From Mytilus californianus (taxonomy: Eukaryota): DNA of 64,000 nt. A model generated the notes under the pieces. That model ran no database searches and was not told where the DNA came from. It worked only from the letters and a program-made list of their open reading frames with translations. Positions 38,803 to 52,694 of the stretch are shown piece by piece. The stretch is from NCBI RefSeq assembly GCF_021869535.1, contig NW_026262712.1:5084001-5148000 (forward strand), written 5' to 3'. The translations under genes were made by a program, and so were the position numbers. Numbering within the stretch: the stretch's first letter is position 1; every line of letters starts with the position of its first letter.

Positions 38803-40554
38803 GTGTTGGCATTTAAAAAGTCTTCCTTGTTGTGAGTCTTAGTATTAAACAATTGTGGTCAAAGTTTTCGTTTATAAAAATGATTAATTCTACACAATAA
38901 AAACTATAATTAAAATTATGGTACATTCCATAATACGTTTCACCGCATTTAGTTTGTTTACGATGTCAATGTGTAATATAACCTTTTAATGAAAATATGA
39001 TGTCTTTATTCAGTACACCATTTGAAGGTTTTTCATATAATAAATGCATAACAACATGTTGATTATCAATAATGTAAGATTACATTTACGTGCGATGAAT
39101 ATTTCTCTCGGCTTTGTAAGTATTATATTATAAAAACCACAGTATTTTTGTCATTTTGTAGTTTATCAAATTTTAAATAGAACGACTCTTTTCCTTTAAC
39201 AACAGTATACACTCTTTAAAAGTTTGAATGTCCTTTTGGTATTATTCGCCTCTCTTTTGAAATTAACTTCTAAACAAAAGGGTCCAAAATGTACTCTATT
39301 AGTGCAATTCCTTCATCGAAAACCACATCATAAATGACATTTTACGTTTTCTGTCACATGCATTACTTATTATGTGCGATACGCCGCACGACATACTTTA
39401 AAAAGACGCTAATATTACGGTTCAAAATGATGTATCTATAAATTTATTTGATCTTCCAAGAGGATGTTGAACCTTTATTGTACAATCCTTTGCTTCAAAT
39501 TCTGTATGCATATTTATGCAGGATGTCAACCGTGGATGACCGCATGTAATCCAATTATTAAATGTTATAATAAATCATTTACTTAATAACTAAAATAACT
39601 CCTTCGATTATATGTTTTAAACCACACATGGTCGCTGAACAAAAATATCAATATACAATATATCACAATCGCCGTAACTCATGCACAACCGTTCTGCCTT
39701 TTGTATTGTTCACATAACAATAAAATTGAGAATGGAAATGGGGAATGTGCCAAAGAGTCAACAACCCGAGCAAAAAGCAGATAAAACAAGACGAAGGCCA
39801 CCAATGGGTCTTCAACACAGCGAGAAAACCCGGCACCCAGAGGTGGGGTTTAGCTGGCCCTGAAAAAATATGAACAGTTTTAAATATCGTAAACAACTAT
39901 AGGCCTAAACATTTGTGGATAATTTACCTTATCTGGTAAGAATATATATCAGGTGTCCACACTTCGCTAAAATAATATGACAACAATTTGGCATTTAGAT
40001 TTTAGGGTGATATTCAAATATTTTGTGAGATTCTACTTAAGGATGCACTTCTATGAGGTTTAGGAGTGTGTGTCAAATGTTCGGACTGCTTAGATATTTT
40101 TCTACGATTCAGGGAAAACTAGTTTGCCCCATAACACCCATTTTCCTTTGTATATAAGACTTCAATAGCTTATAAAAGGTCATTTACCAAAATTTAAGCA
40201 GATTCTTGATTTCTTTTCTATCGATTTGAGACCAAAATAATACTAATGCAAATATAAGTTTAAAGTCAGAGTCAGCCTTTTCCCGCCATTTTTTAAAATC
40301 TAATATCTCGAAAAGGAGCTCCATAACCTATTAATATTGTTAGCTTATATTGTTCCTTAACTAATAATTTTTCGACTTATTGAATCAATTTTTATTTCTT
40401 GATTTTTTTTTAATTTCACCTAAGTTCATCCTTTAGTTAATAATGTCTTTGAACAGATTCCAGTGTCAGGTGCTGAAATTCTATAAAATGTTAACCGTAT
40501 GTGTGATTTACATCTACAATTATGTATAGACCAGTTCTTTATTCGTTTGTATCT

Positions 40555-40683
40555 TCACTTGAAGCCTAGTTTGGCACCTCGATTTCTCCGATTGTCTCCG
40601 AAAACTTATCCTCCAAATTCAAAGTTTTTACGTTGGTGTGATATACTCAAACTCCATCCTCGGTGTCATCTTGAAGTACCGAA
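40555..40683 (-). pseudogene. Third peptide paralog, internal exon-2 fragment only
   Basis: FGTSR*HRGWSLSISHQRKNFEFGG*VFGDNRRNRGAKLGFK*; aligns to gene B module 1/2 and gene A C-terminus; flanked by sequence homologous to gene A intron 1 (27095) and to 31012. Confidence 0.85.
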
Positions 40684-41134
40684 GCTGATCCTATAAATCC
40701 TATATATGCTTACAGTTGGCAAAACTCAATTATACCGAAAGTATTGTTAAATTAATGTTCCTTTCTCTCGCATTAATGCTAGATAGTTGCTCAAACATAG
40801 CAAACGTATGTTTTCTAAACTTAAATCATACAGAATGTATTGTCGTTAAAAAGTTATCATTTTGAATTAAAATGCATGTAGCTGCTACAGTACGTTCATA
40901 AAGATCGTACTGCTTCAGATAACTTACTATTTACCAGCCGAATATACACCCACTATAAGAAAATTCATTTTTTGTTCATAACTAGAAGACAAACAATATC
41001 ACAACAAATAGACAAAAGCCACAAAACAATACAAAATACAAATTCAAACCGAATACAAAAATAAACATCAACTTAGGTGACCAGTGTTGATATACTGTTT
41101 CTTTTCTACGACTTTGTTTGCTGTTGAGTTCATT

Positions 41135-41718
41135 AAAGGAGTAGGTCCGGTAAGGGCCGATTTTGGCCTCAAAATTCAGGTTCATCTGATGAATTATTTT
41201 GGACACTTTTTAAACACTTCAGTGTCTACTTCAATCGATTCAATTAGTTTATGTGAAAGGTTTGAACTGATTTAGTCATTAAAGACGCTCAAATACAAGC
41301 TTAAATATGAAAAATCTATAAAATATGCCATAATATGTCACTTTTCAGGTGGTTTTTGTCAAAAATAAAAGTGGCCGCATCCGTGTTCATTCACAACCTT
41401 TATATATGTAATGTATTATCATCAAATACAACTTACATTTAAATATTAAGAATGAACACAAATGCGTCCTCTTCCATTTCAGACTGAAACCGTCTAAAAA
41501 TTAATCAAAATGCTAAAATTTCGAAGATTTCAGTAATTCAACATGACTTAATGACGCTAGTACCCGATACATGTGCATTGTATTGTCAAAAACAGCCCAT
41601 ATTTATGTAACAGAAGTATTCTTCTTTCCAATTAATAGCTAAAAATTTACATTTTAACAATTTTGTAAAACTGCTATATTTTGGGGCCAAAAAGGGGTCT
41701 TACTGGGCCTACTCCTTT
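41135..41718. mobile_element. MITE with about 40-bp imperfect TIRs (AAAGGAGTAGG...CCTACTCCTTT)
   Basis: Terminal inverted repeats visible; the homologous site in gene A intron (about 26100-26130) is empty. Confidence 0.8.
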
Positions 41719-42400
41719 GTTAACGCCCCGGTGATCCGTCGCATTCGATCTCACCCCATATGGAATTTACTGACCCCATATATATATCGTATTAGGTCAC
41801 TAGAACACTATTTAACTAATAAAACAGGTTCATACTTTAGAACTATTTTACCTAACAATCAATTTGACAAATTGACAAACAGGTATCGGTAAATTTAAAA
41901 CGAATACACCACAAAGATATTTTACCAACAGATTTTTGAAAAGTTGGAAAAAATCAATATATTTTTAAGTTAGATCTTAGGTTGATATTTAAATATGAAT
42001 GACATGATCGTAAACTGAGGTCTGTATGTATTCATTTTATGCACTTTTGGGGAAATTGCCCTAAAAAAGATGCTGTTAAATAGGTACGTGAGAAAAAACT
42101 TTAACACATACATACATGTATGAAAAATGCAGTACTCTGGAGAACATTACTCAACATATTCTTTTTAAATTCTAATGGTTTTTCCAACCTTCTTATTGGT
42201 GCATTTGTAATAAATGTGTCAAACTATTTATTTTGTCAAAATGAACTTACATAGAATAACCAAAATCCATCGACCACCGTGTACAGAAAATGACGAAAAA
42301 TACCGAAAAGGACATTCAGACACATCAGTCGAAATAACTGAGAACCCCATGGCAATGTGTAAAAATGTATAAATTTCAATATATGAACAACAATACCTAC

Positions 42401-42468
42401 CATTTTACTGTGTAGTTTTCTCTAGAAAGTTGAATTTACAGTTTGATTCGAATCTATCTTATTATATA
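42401..42468 (-). promoter_or_regulatory. Duplicate of gene A promoter and ATG exon (belongs to the pseudogene)
   Basis: Minus strand TATATAA 42468-42462 and ACACAGTAAAATG|GTAGGT (ATG 42403-42401); reverse-complement match to 24330-24470; Inr altered. Confidence 0.75.
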
Positions 42469-43779
42469 GCGTAATGATTAGAATATCCGTCCTGATTCTG
42501 CAGCTTTGAATACAATATTTTTGCGGTCATACTTTCATATGATTAATAAGCGTCATACTTAGAAAAATAACAAAAAAATCAAATCCGCAACTTGAAAGAT
42601 TATATGATAAAACAGTTCGACCACATACGATGGAGAGAAATTTCACAATGTCAATGTTTAATATGACATATCAGTCTGAAAGAGTCATTAAGTACAAAAC
42701 ATCAATTAATTGTATATCAAAAATGCATAAAAAACATGGTGTGTATCAATAATATGTGTAGCAAATTACGTGATTAGAATATCACCATAAACGTTTGTAA
42801 ACACTATGTTGTAAAATAAAAACTAATTATGTAAATTTATAACATTGTCATCACACCGGATCTTTTCTTTTAATTATGTATTTCACAAATATAACAAAGC
42901 TTTAACATGGAATCTGACATGTCAGATAAATATATTGGTCTAAGAAACAACATTTTAATGACTTTTGCCGCATGTATTTCGTTTTTGCATGTATTATATA
43001 TATATATAGATAAGAATTTATGCCTTTAATGATTAAACAAAATAAGAAAGAACACGGAAATGTATGTATCTTCCAAACACTGGCGTTATCCCTAAATTGA
43101 CCATGACGCCATTGAAAACGATCTAACGAAATATTCTTTTTTGTGTCGCGAAAAACACGATGACTGCCACTAAGAAAAAAGAAAATTAAGGCTTTTTACT
43201 GCGCATATATTTATTTGCTCCATTAATAACTTTTATTACTTCTAGACTAAAATGTAAGATATGTAATTTTCTTTCATTTCTAGTTTCCATTATTCCTCTT
43301 ATCAATTTGATATCCAAATGTTCAACATTCTGATATGCACAAAGTGGAGAGTTGATTCCAAGTGTGCAATTTCAAATCATAAATTCAATAAAAAAAAAAG
43401 ACGACATAGTCAAAAAGAAAAAAGACAAACAGGAAAACAATAATAACAGAATGTTACACAATAAACTATTGATTATTAACACGAACCACTGACAATAAAG
43501 CGGCGTGGCACAACAAAAGACAAAAAACTATATACAATGGACCAGTGTAGACTTGGTTCAACTAAATTTTTATCATACGTAACAGTGGTAAGAATCGGAC
43601 ATGACTCAAAAAGAATTCAAAGAAAATAGCAAAAATACCCAACTCCAAGGAAAATTCTAAACCGCAAAGTCCATTTTAAAATAGAAAAACAAAAGCCCAA
43701 ACATAGATTCAAAGGATAGATTCAAATAGTTGACAGTTAAACAAATTCTGTTTTATGTTTAACATAACCACGCTGTTAG

Positions 43780-44450
43780 ATTTCTGGTTCTCTGGTTTTA
43801 AGTGTTTTATCATTTTTATTGAAATATTAAACACTGAAGGCATTAATGTGTTAAAAAATCTTGTATTCTCTATATCGTTAATTATCGAATCCACAACAAT
43901 AAAAACCGGAACAAATATATTTGTTTAATTTGATCTCGTTTCAATCTTTACGGAAAACTGCATATGAATAAGTTCTATTGATCAGGCGTCATTTCAAAAA
44001 ATTTAAATTAAATCTTATTTACGTTCTTATTCACAGTTACTAACATTTATTCAACATAAAAATGTAGAGCATTACATAAAACATATATTTAACATTTTGG
44101 ACAGTATAGGTGAAAAATAATCAATTACGGTGCAATATGGACATTTCCATATTTATACATGAACCGAGAGTACAAATTTTGAATGATTGACAAACTTGTT
44201 TTTAAATCTTGTTGAGTAAAGGTAGCTCAAGATGATAGGTGAGATTAAACATATTGTTTAAAACCTGTTCTCCTTATATGATTATTGTTAAGTGTGTACA
44301 TTTCAGTCTCAGATTACATGGTCAACTTTTTTGGGGTTAAAATTGGACTTTGAAATAATGTTTTTTATTACTTTGAGTACTCCGAGTAAATCGGTATTAT
44401 ATGTCGTTTGTCATTTTGTTATATGTACTAAAGTATTTGCTTTAGTTTCT
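43780..44450 (+). repeat. Triplicated module (other copies about 60580-61160 and 63000-63600) containing a candidate first exon ATG ATA G|GT(A/G)AG
   Basis: Shared blocks ...TCAG(G/A)CGT...AAAGGT(C/A)GCTCAA.ATGATAG|GT.AGATT...GAGTACTC.GAGTA; ATG at 44232 and 63436, ATA at 60992. Confidence 0.7.
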
Positions 44451-45789
44451 TTCTGCTAATCTTCACAATTTGTTCTATGTTTGCACTGTTCAAGTTAAGG
44501 AGAATGTTAAATGCACAAAGCTACTTTTTTACCTATTATGTCTCGTTGTCTGTTCACACATCGTTGTCAATATAATGGAATTTGATGCAACTGTCATACA
44601 AGTGAGAGGTTTAGCTAGCTATAAAGCAAGGTTCAATCCATCATTTTCTACATAAGAAAGTACTTGTACCAAGTCAGGAATATGACAGTTGGTATCTATT
44701 CGTTTGATGTGTTTTAGCTTTTGTTTTTTGCCATTTGATTAGGAACTTTCCGTTTTAAATTTTCCTTGGAGTTTAGTATTTTTTCTAATTTTACTTACGA
44801 GGGTTGTCGTTGGTTGCTGTCTGTCATTATAGTTTTGGTTAATTTGTATCAATAGAATCTTACAACGGAGCATTAACTTTCTCCTTTGGTTGGTTTCAAA
44901 ATTGGTTAACACCGTTATAGTGCTTACTATACGGCATTGAAGTTACACATTGTTGAAAGCCGTACTTTAAAAAAGAAAGCCGAAACATATCAAAGGGATA
45001 TTCAAACTCATACGTGAAAAATAAACCGACAACACCATGGTTAAAAAAAGAAAAAGACCCATAAACAAACAATTGTACACAAAACATACCATAGAAAACA
45101 AACATCTGAGTAACACGAACCTCATTCAAAGAGTAAGAAGTTTTAACCTATGTGTCCCCCTCTCTGTCGTTTTGTCCTTAATGATTAGTTGTTCTATAGC
45201 CAATTACTTCAAATCTTTTTACTTTTATTTCAATCCTGATTGTTTTCTTGTAAATCTAGGTGTTTTACAAGATCATGTAGATACCATTCGTTGCAACGAT
45301 TGCCTCTTGTGTTTTGAATAGAGATTATGCTAAGAACGAATCCAGCTAAAATGTTAACAACACCACAACTATACTCGGGTACGTAACATTATCAATCTTC
45401 GGTTTTACAATTCTATTAACATATAAGAGACAATAAAATAGTGGACATTACCAAAGTTTCTTAAAGCAGATACACTAGTCTCGTAATGTCAAGAACATAC
45501 ATTCATCCTACTGTCTTTGCTTCCTCGTGTTAACATCTAGTTTACATGTGAATGACCCAAATAGTAATTTTTGTCAACTTCAAGAAAGCACTGAATGTTT
45601 TATGACATTTAAAGGACGATCCCTAACCGTATATTTCAACTAAAATCGATGCTTTGCATGTTACGAAATTGAAAAATTGTTTAAAAGAAATAACCCACAA
45701 TGCTTTTTAACATAAAAATGGTAGCATACGCTACAATCTATTACTTTGGGATACCATGCGGCATTTTGTTAATAGTGAAGGAAAAGGTA

Positions 45790-47000
45790 CAACACAGAAG
45801 AGCAAGTGATCAGTATGCCGGAGTTTCTTATTGACAACATAAGTGATGAATTTGGAGGTAGAATTTTTCAACAAATTGTCCGTATTCCTATGAGACCTAA
45901 CTGTGCGCCTGTCCTTGTCGACCTCTTCTTATTTTCATATGAGTCGGAGTTCCTTCAGACACTTATCAGAAACAAGAAGATCAGAGAGGCCAGACCATTT
46001 AATTGCACATTCAGATATATAGATGATGTTCTTTTCTATTAACAAACTTTTCTAATTAGGTTCCATTAATATACGCTACAAAACTAGAAATATTAAAGAA
46101 ACAACAGTTACGGCTTCCTCCTTCTCATCTCACTACCATAATCTATGACAAAGGAGACGATTTTAATTTTAAAATTATCAAATTCCCCCACCTTAATAGC
46201 AGTATACCAACTTCACGAGTATATGGGATATACTTTTCCCCGACTTATTCGGTATTCAAGAGCTTGCAGCTGCTACTCAGACTTTGTAAAACATCACCAG
46301 TGTCTGAGCACACAGTTGATGCACTAGGAGTATATTGAAGGAAGTCTCGTCCTATTTTCTAAAAAAAAGTTCATCGGAAGATACCAAGACCTTTTTGATA
46401 AATATTCCGTATCAACTTCACGAATTATACACAATGGTCTTGAAGTATAGATTATGGGTACTGACGTTGTTTAGCATTTTCATAATCTGTTATAGTATTA
46501 TCTTATTTGTCTTTGTGGATATTGCTTTTATTGGTTAGTATATGTTCGGTGATATCGATTTGACGTGGCTACTTATATACATCCCGTCAATGTGTTATTG
46601 TGCTATAGTACATTTAGTATTCTTGTCTTTTATTTCTGCTAATTTGATTTGTCTATATGCCTTTTGGTGTTTCTTTGTTAACATATTTTTTTGTTTTCAT
46701 AGTTATTAAGATTATAACACAGTGTTGACTAATGTACCCTTCTTTTTGACATTTTTACCTATTATGTCTCTTTGTTTTGTTCACACATCGTTGTCAATAT
46801 AATGTCATTTTATGCAACTTTCATATACCTGAGAGGGTTAGCTAGCTATAAAGCAAGGTTTAATCCACCATGTTCTACATAAGGAAGTGCCTGTACCAAG
46901 TCAGGAATATGACAGTTGTTATTTATTTGTTTGATGTGTTTGAGATCTTGAGTTTGCCATTTGATTAGGGACTTTCCGTTTTAAACTTTCCTCGGAGTTC
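45790..47000 (+). mobile_element. 5'-truncated Naiad/PLE RT fragment with 3' UTR
   Basis: FLIDNI...QQIVRIPMRPNCAPVLVDLFL...FRYIDDV and LIRYSRACSCYSDF in ORFs 45806-46042 and 46145-46327. Confidence 0.85.
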
Positions 47001-47639
47001 GGTAGGCTGATGGCCTTTTGATTATACATGTTTTATTTCGCCATTCGTCGTCCGTTAGTTAACCATTCACAATTTATTCTACTTCCGAACTTCTGAACAA
47101 AATGAAATACATTAGACAGGACCGTTCGTTTCATGACCCTTGTAGACTCCTTTTAGTTTGTTACAAATTTGACAACAAACGCTAATATCTAAAATTAACA
47201 CGGAAACCCTATTGGAAATTACATTTTGTTGATCGTTAAATGAACATATGAACCGATAATTGTTTACTTTTTACACATTGTGACTTGGATGGATAGTTGT
47301 CTCATTAGCACTCATACCACATCTTCTTATTTTTATTCATGGCCTAAATTGTCTCATTGGCACTCATACCACATCTTCTTATTTTTATTCATGGCCTAAA
47401 TTGTAAATTAATCATTCAACTTAAATTGTCGACAGGTCTTTTCAGGAACCTTTTTTTTGTTCATATTCATCCTATAGCGAAAAGTGTTTTCAATTTCCGA
47501 ACAATCTCTTGCTAAATTTATCCAAAGTACGTTACACCGGATCCACCGATAGGAAATTTATAAGATAATAAAAAAAGACAAATGTATTGGATTATTCAAC
47601 TTGGTCTTTGAAATTTGTTTAATGATAGTTACTTCATAT

Positions 47640-49375
47640 GGGATAATTTTGCTTTGATAAGCTATGTATCTGCGAAACAAAACAAATATTTCTTTGGAGT
47701 CCTGTCGAAAACAAACTTACTAACAATAAAATGATACTGTTGATGGTGAGCTTACCTCTTAAAAATCAATTTATAAAGCCTTTAAATAGATGGCGAATAA
47801 CATTATACATGTTACACGCGTATATTGTGAAATCTGTCTTCGGAGAACAATATCTGGATTATCCTGAGCAGATTGGAGGCGGGATATCGAATATTATTCA
47901 CAATGCCACAGGAAACATCACTTATGGTATTATACTACCAACTAGGAGTTACTTTCTTAATCATTGCTATTTGCCTACGGTTGATACGATTGTGCATGTA
48001 TTTTCCCCAAAGACTAATAAATTTTGGAACTGCTTTTCTTATTGTTGTGAATGCATTGGCTGGCATACTTGCATCGGTGTTTCAGAATCATGTTTGGTTT
48101 AATTTGTATCATTTTCCACTTACAATTATAACTTATTACTTATTCCGCACAGACCTGTTTTTATATCTTACCTCACTGAAAATATACTTCAATCTATATT
48201 GCCAGAGTATATCATTAAATGTAATTAACAGCATAATTATATATACTTTGGATGCATCAGAGAAACGCGAGGTCCATTGTTTAATAGAAAATACAATAAA
48301 TGATATTCGACAAGGTTATGGAAGCATAATGAACACAGAAATTGTTTTCGTTTTACTTCTTTATGCAATTGTGTTGGCAATTTCTATCCCATTATTTTTT
48401 ATACAGCAGAAACATTTTCCAAGCTGGAACAATTTTTATGAAAACTATCACCATAATGTGTATGACTTGTATAGGCACAATAGCCTTTATAACAATGATT
48501 TCTCACATAGGTTCTATTTTTCCGAAAGCAATGTTATGGTTTTTACGTGGGCGAAACTACAAAATCAATACCTCAGAGCTCTTAATGCCTGCCAATGTCT
48601 TGGGTATCTTAGCAATCCAGTCATTTGATAGTGATGTAAAATTCAATGGTATGATGATGTGTTTTGGAATTTTTCTTGTTGCTAGTTCTGTTCTAGAACA
48701 AGTACACACGTTTGCTAATTTGTTTTTACTGGAACTTGGAGCATCGGGAGCTGTAAGTTTAAAAACAGGCAAAGCTGTTACAATTACCATTTTATTAATT
48801 CCCTATTTGGGTGGTTGTGAAATTTTATTAATTTGACTTTGATTAAGCCATAATATGGTTTCTTGTAGCGACTTCAGCTTGGATATCTGTGCGCATTGAA
48901 TCAGTAGGGTCTCTGTCAGTTTACCTTTTGTTGGTATTGGATAGCTTTAAATCTGAATCCATTGAAAAAATTAGATGAAATTATGTATGGCGTTGGTGCG
49001 GCCATCGGAATAGTTCATATAACGTTTGTACTTCTTCAAATATGCTGTCTCACTTGGAAAATAACCACGGTTCAATGGAGCTGGATTAATTGTATTATAT
49101 TATCAATACTCATTTACCATACTTATGAGCGGGTAACTTATTAATGGAACGAGTTTCAAAGGCGTCGAACGGCGGATCAAAGACTGTCATTCTTACCAAA
49201 TGCAACACAAGAACAATTACATGTTTTCAACGATGTTTGTGCCATCTGTCTTCGCAATATGACGTCCGCTAAGATTACTCCTTGTAATCATTATGCCCAC
49301 GGATTATGTTTAAAAAAGTGGTCGTACATAAAAGAAACGTGTCCAAAGTGCAATGTTATAATTAAAACTTATTGA
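47640..49375 (+). pseudogene. Intronless RNF145/RNF139(TRC8)-like multi-TM RING-H2 E3 ligase, frameshifted
   Basis: Hydrophobic ORFs 47731-48102, 47873-48628, 48342-48836, 48962-49144 tile by frameshifts; C-terminus ATQEQLHVFNDVCAICLRNMTSAKITPCNHYAHGLCLKKWSYIKETCPKC (intact C3H2C3), stop at 49373-49375. Confidence 0.8.
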
Positions 49376-50163
49376 TTTCTTCAAATGTTGTTCAGAACTT
49401 TGTTAAATGTACGATATAAAAATCGTGGACCTATGGATTCTGGAAGACGAAACCAATCAATTTGGATTGTAAAAACTGTTTTTATTACAATGTATGTAAA
49501 TTTGAGCTATAAATTAAGGTAACATCTCATTATTCTTGACCACTACCAAAATCATTCATAGCTTAACATTTGATATATATATTAAATATATCTATTTGTT
49601 GAAAATTTACGTATAAAGGCTCTTTTCATGACGTCATAAATATCAATTTTCTCTTTTATTTATGAAAACTGGTTTATTTCTATTGCTTTTAAGGCTGGAA
49701 ACATAGAGCGCGAGTGTCGACAAACATCTTTTTTCAACATAATGTGTGTTCTGACATTTTACCTTTCTGTTTTAAATATTTATTTTGTCGAAGCCTGTGT
49801 TATTTGTTCATAGGTCTAAATGTGGTTGAATTTAATCAAATGTTAAAGAATCTTAAGCCTTTTTTGTTTGTAATTGTTTACGCTTAATAAGAATACGTGT
49901 ACAAAAAAAATTGTATTTTCACTAACTTGAAAATTTTTTATTCTTAAAACATTAATGGATTTAATTTACGTGGCAAAATATTATGCGTTGCTTACTTGAC
50001 TCCTTGTATTGTCGAATTGCCCCCTGTTTTTCGTGATAATGTTACATATTCAAATCATTTAATAAAGTGTAATAGAAGGACCTAATAGACATTGTTAATA
50101 CTGAAAGAATTTTAAAAATTAACTACATACACCCTTTTCCTCAATCAAACACAATTATGTTAC

Positions 50164-50446
50164 TTAAGGTGGTACCTAACACTACAGGGAGATAACTCTG
50201 TAAAAATCAGCTAAACGTTTTAATAACGTTGTATTGTAAAGGAAATATTAAGCTTCTCAATGATCAAAATTAGTGTTTGTCAAACTGCTATATAACCAAT
50301 GAAATTTTTCTGATAAAGTGGTTGGTTCAAATTTTTTCAAATTTTTATATTTTTTGTCAAAGGGTCAAAGTAAACATTTTGTCAAAATTTTATGAAAATT
50401 AAACGAGCCAAATTAATATTAGTCAAGGAGTTGGGTACCACCTTAA
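50164..50446. mobile_element. MITE (TTAAGGTGGTACC...GGTACCACCTTAA); partial inverted copy at about 62415-62629
   Basis: TIRs visible with TTA/TAA flanks, compatible with PIF/Harbinger-type targets. Confidence 0.8.
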
Positions 50447-51519
50447 GCACAAACCTATTGATGTTTATTGTCACGTTTTTTAAATTGCAAAAAATGCTGA
50501 TAAAGTAGAATTAATAAACAAGTATTTAAAACTATAATTTATAGAAATATTCAAAAAGCATGCAAATATAAAAGGTCTTTGTCAATTTAAAATACCTAAC
50601 CGTGTAAGAATCTGTCAATAGCTATAATAAGAAAATGCTTTTTCCTATTTAATTTTTCTCAAGTTACAAATGTAAAATTTGTTGTGTCATTCTGATTTGT
50701 AACAAATACCGCGGTTTTTTTTATGTTCACTGATATATATTATAGTATTACTAATAACCTTTTGTAACCCATTGTGTGTGATATTTTATGAATCTTTGAA
50801 GACTTGAACATGTTGAAATGGCATTAACGTCTCAAGTAACGTTCGAGCGAGAAATATTTACTCGAAACACAGGTTATGCGGAAATATTGCTATATGTTGA
50901 TTCACAGTTGTAATCAGTTCAGTAAAGAATAATCGCAACAATATAAATGGTTCCAGGCAACTAAATAGTCCCAATCAACTAAAAATAGTAATGCAATCTC
51001 GTTCTTTGACATTAAAAATTAATATGGGTTCGTTAAATCGGATATGTACATAAGTGTGGTGAGATTTGGTTGAACAAATTCTAGACTGCATTTTAACAAT
51101 TGTGTTACCGACGGACTAACAGACCCGTCACATTATCCCCTCTGAAATCTATCTGAAAGGGGATAATGAAATGTAGGAACATAACAGACAATCGAAAATT
51201 AATGTAATCGCCGTTGCCGGGCAGTGATGACTTTAATAAAAGACTCACACAAATGCTTAAAAATGTTAAAATCAAATAAAGACAAACAAAACAAATCTTA
51301 TCTAGATCGATTACAGGCTATTATATTTGAATGTTAAAATATCATATAAATGCGTATTTGTAATAGGTATTATATGAGAGAGAAGGAAAACATAATACAA
51401 TCCGCAAATAGACTTTACAAACAAAAGAACTATGTCAATTGGACCTGCTTTGATACTATAACTTTTTTAATTTTTACTAGATTACATTTGTGTTTGCTAT
51501 GGAGATTTCATATATCGTC

Positions 51520-51760
51520 AGGTTATCGGAATTCCCATGGGGACTAACTGTGCACCACTTATTGTGGACCTGTTTCTGTATGGTTATGAGTTACAATTTA
51601 TGACTAAAATCAGCAAAGACCCACCGAAACAACATCTGATTCAAAAATTTATTAACACTTTTTTATATTTAGATGATATATTGGCTCTCAATAATGACGA
51701 CTTCAGTATGTACACTAAAGAGGTTGCTCCTGCCGAACTGACTTTAAATAAGATTTGTAT
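51520..51760 (+). mobile_element. Naiad RT internal fragment
   Basis: GIPMGTNCAPLIVDLFL...FINTFLYLDDILALNN in ORF 51537-51782. Confidence 0.8.
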
Positions 51761-52127
51761 TCAGTGTATTTATCTTTTTTGAGAAATTGCCTAACAAATG
51801 ATGATGTTTATAAGGTACGTGATACAAAACTTAAACACATAAATACCCGGATGAAAAATCATTTAAACCGAAGGACATTACTCGAAAGTTTTTATTAAAA
51901 ATTCGAAAATTTGTTTCCAGCTTTCTTATTGATGCATTTATCTGGATTTTACTTTTATCAAAATGAACTTAAATAGAACAAGCAAGACCCATCGACAGTG
52001 TTACAAATAATTGACGAATGAAACCAAAGGAACATTCAAACACATATGTCGACATTTAACTACAAATAAACTGAAAAACGCAAGGGCAATATGTAAAAAT
52101 GCGTAAACTTAATCATGTGAAAAAATA

Positions 52128-52140
52128 CCTTCCATTTTAC
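52128..52140 (-). pseudogene. Dead copy of the peptide-gene ATG exon
   Basis: Minus strand GTAAAATG|GAAGGT (ATG 52135-52133): donor GT changed to GA; TATA box not retained. Confidence 0.6.
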
Positions 52141-52694
52141 GTATTGTTTTCGCTTGAAATGTACACTGATAATTTTATTCGAATTTATCTTGTAAAATTT
52201 TGTTAAGATTCGCAAATCGGTATTAATTTAAGTTTTACATAAAATATGTGTGCGGTCAAGCTTCCCATCTCGTTTATAAACGTCAGACCTAGATTACAAA
52301 AAATAAAATCATCCGCAAACTAGAAGATTATATGATAAAACAGTTTGACCACATAATTTTAAAGGAAATTTCACATTATCAATATGTTATATGACATATA
52401 CAAGACTGAATGAGTCATTCAGTACATAACCTCAATGTATTTCATATAAAAAAATGCATAAAAAAGATACTGTATATACATAGTATGTGTAGCTAATTTC
52501 GTGCTTAGAATATCATCGTAAAAGATTGTAAACATAATGTCGTAAAATCAAAACTAATTATGTAAATTTATAGTTGTATGTTCGTCCTCACACCGGATCT
52601 TTTCTTTTAATTACGTATTTCAAAGGAATAACAAAATTTTAACATGGAATCTGACATTTCTGATAAATATATTGTTCTAAGAAACAACATTTTA

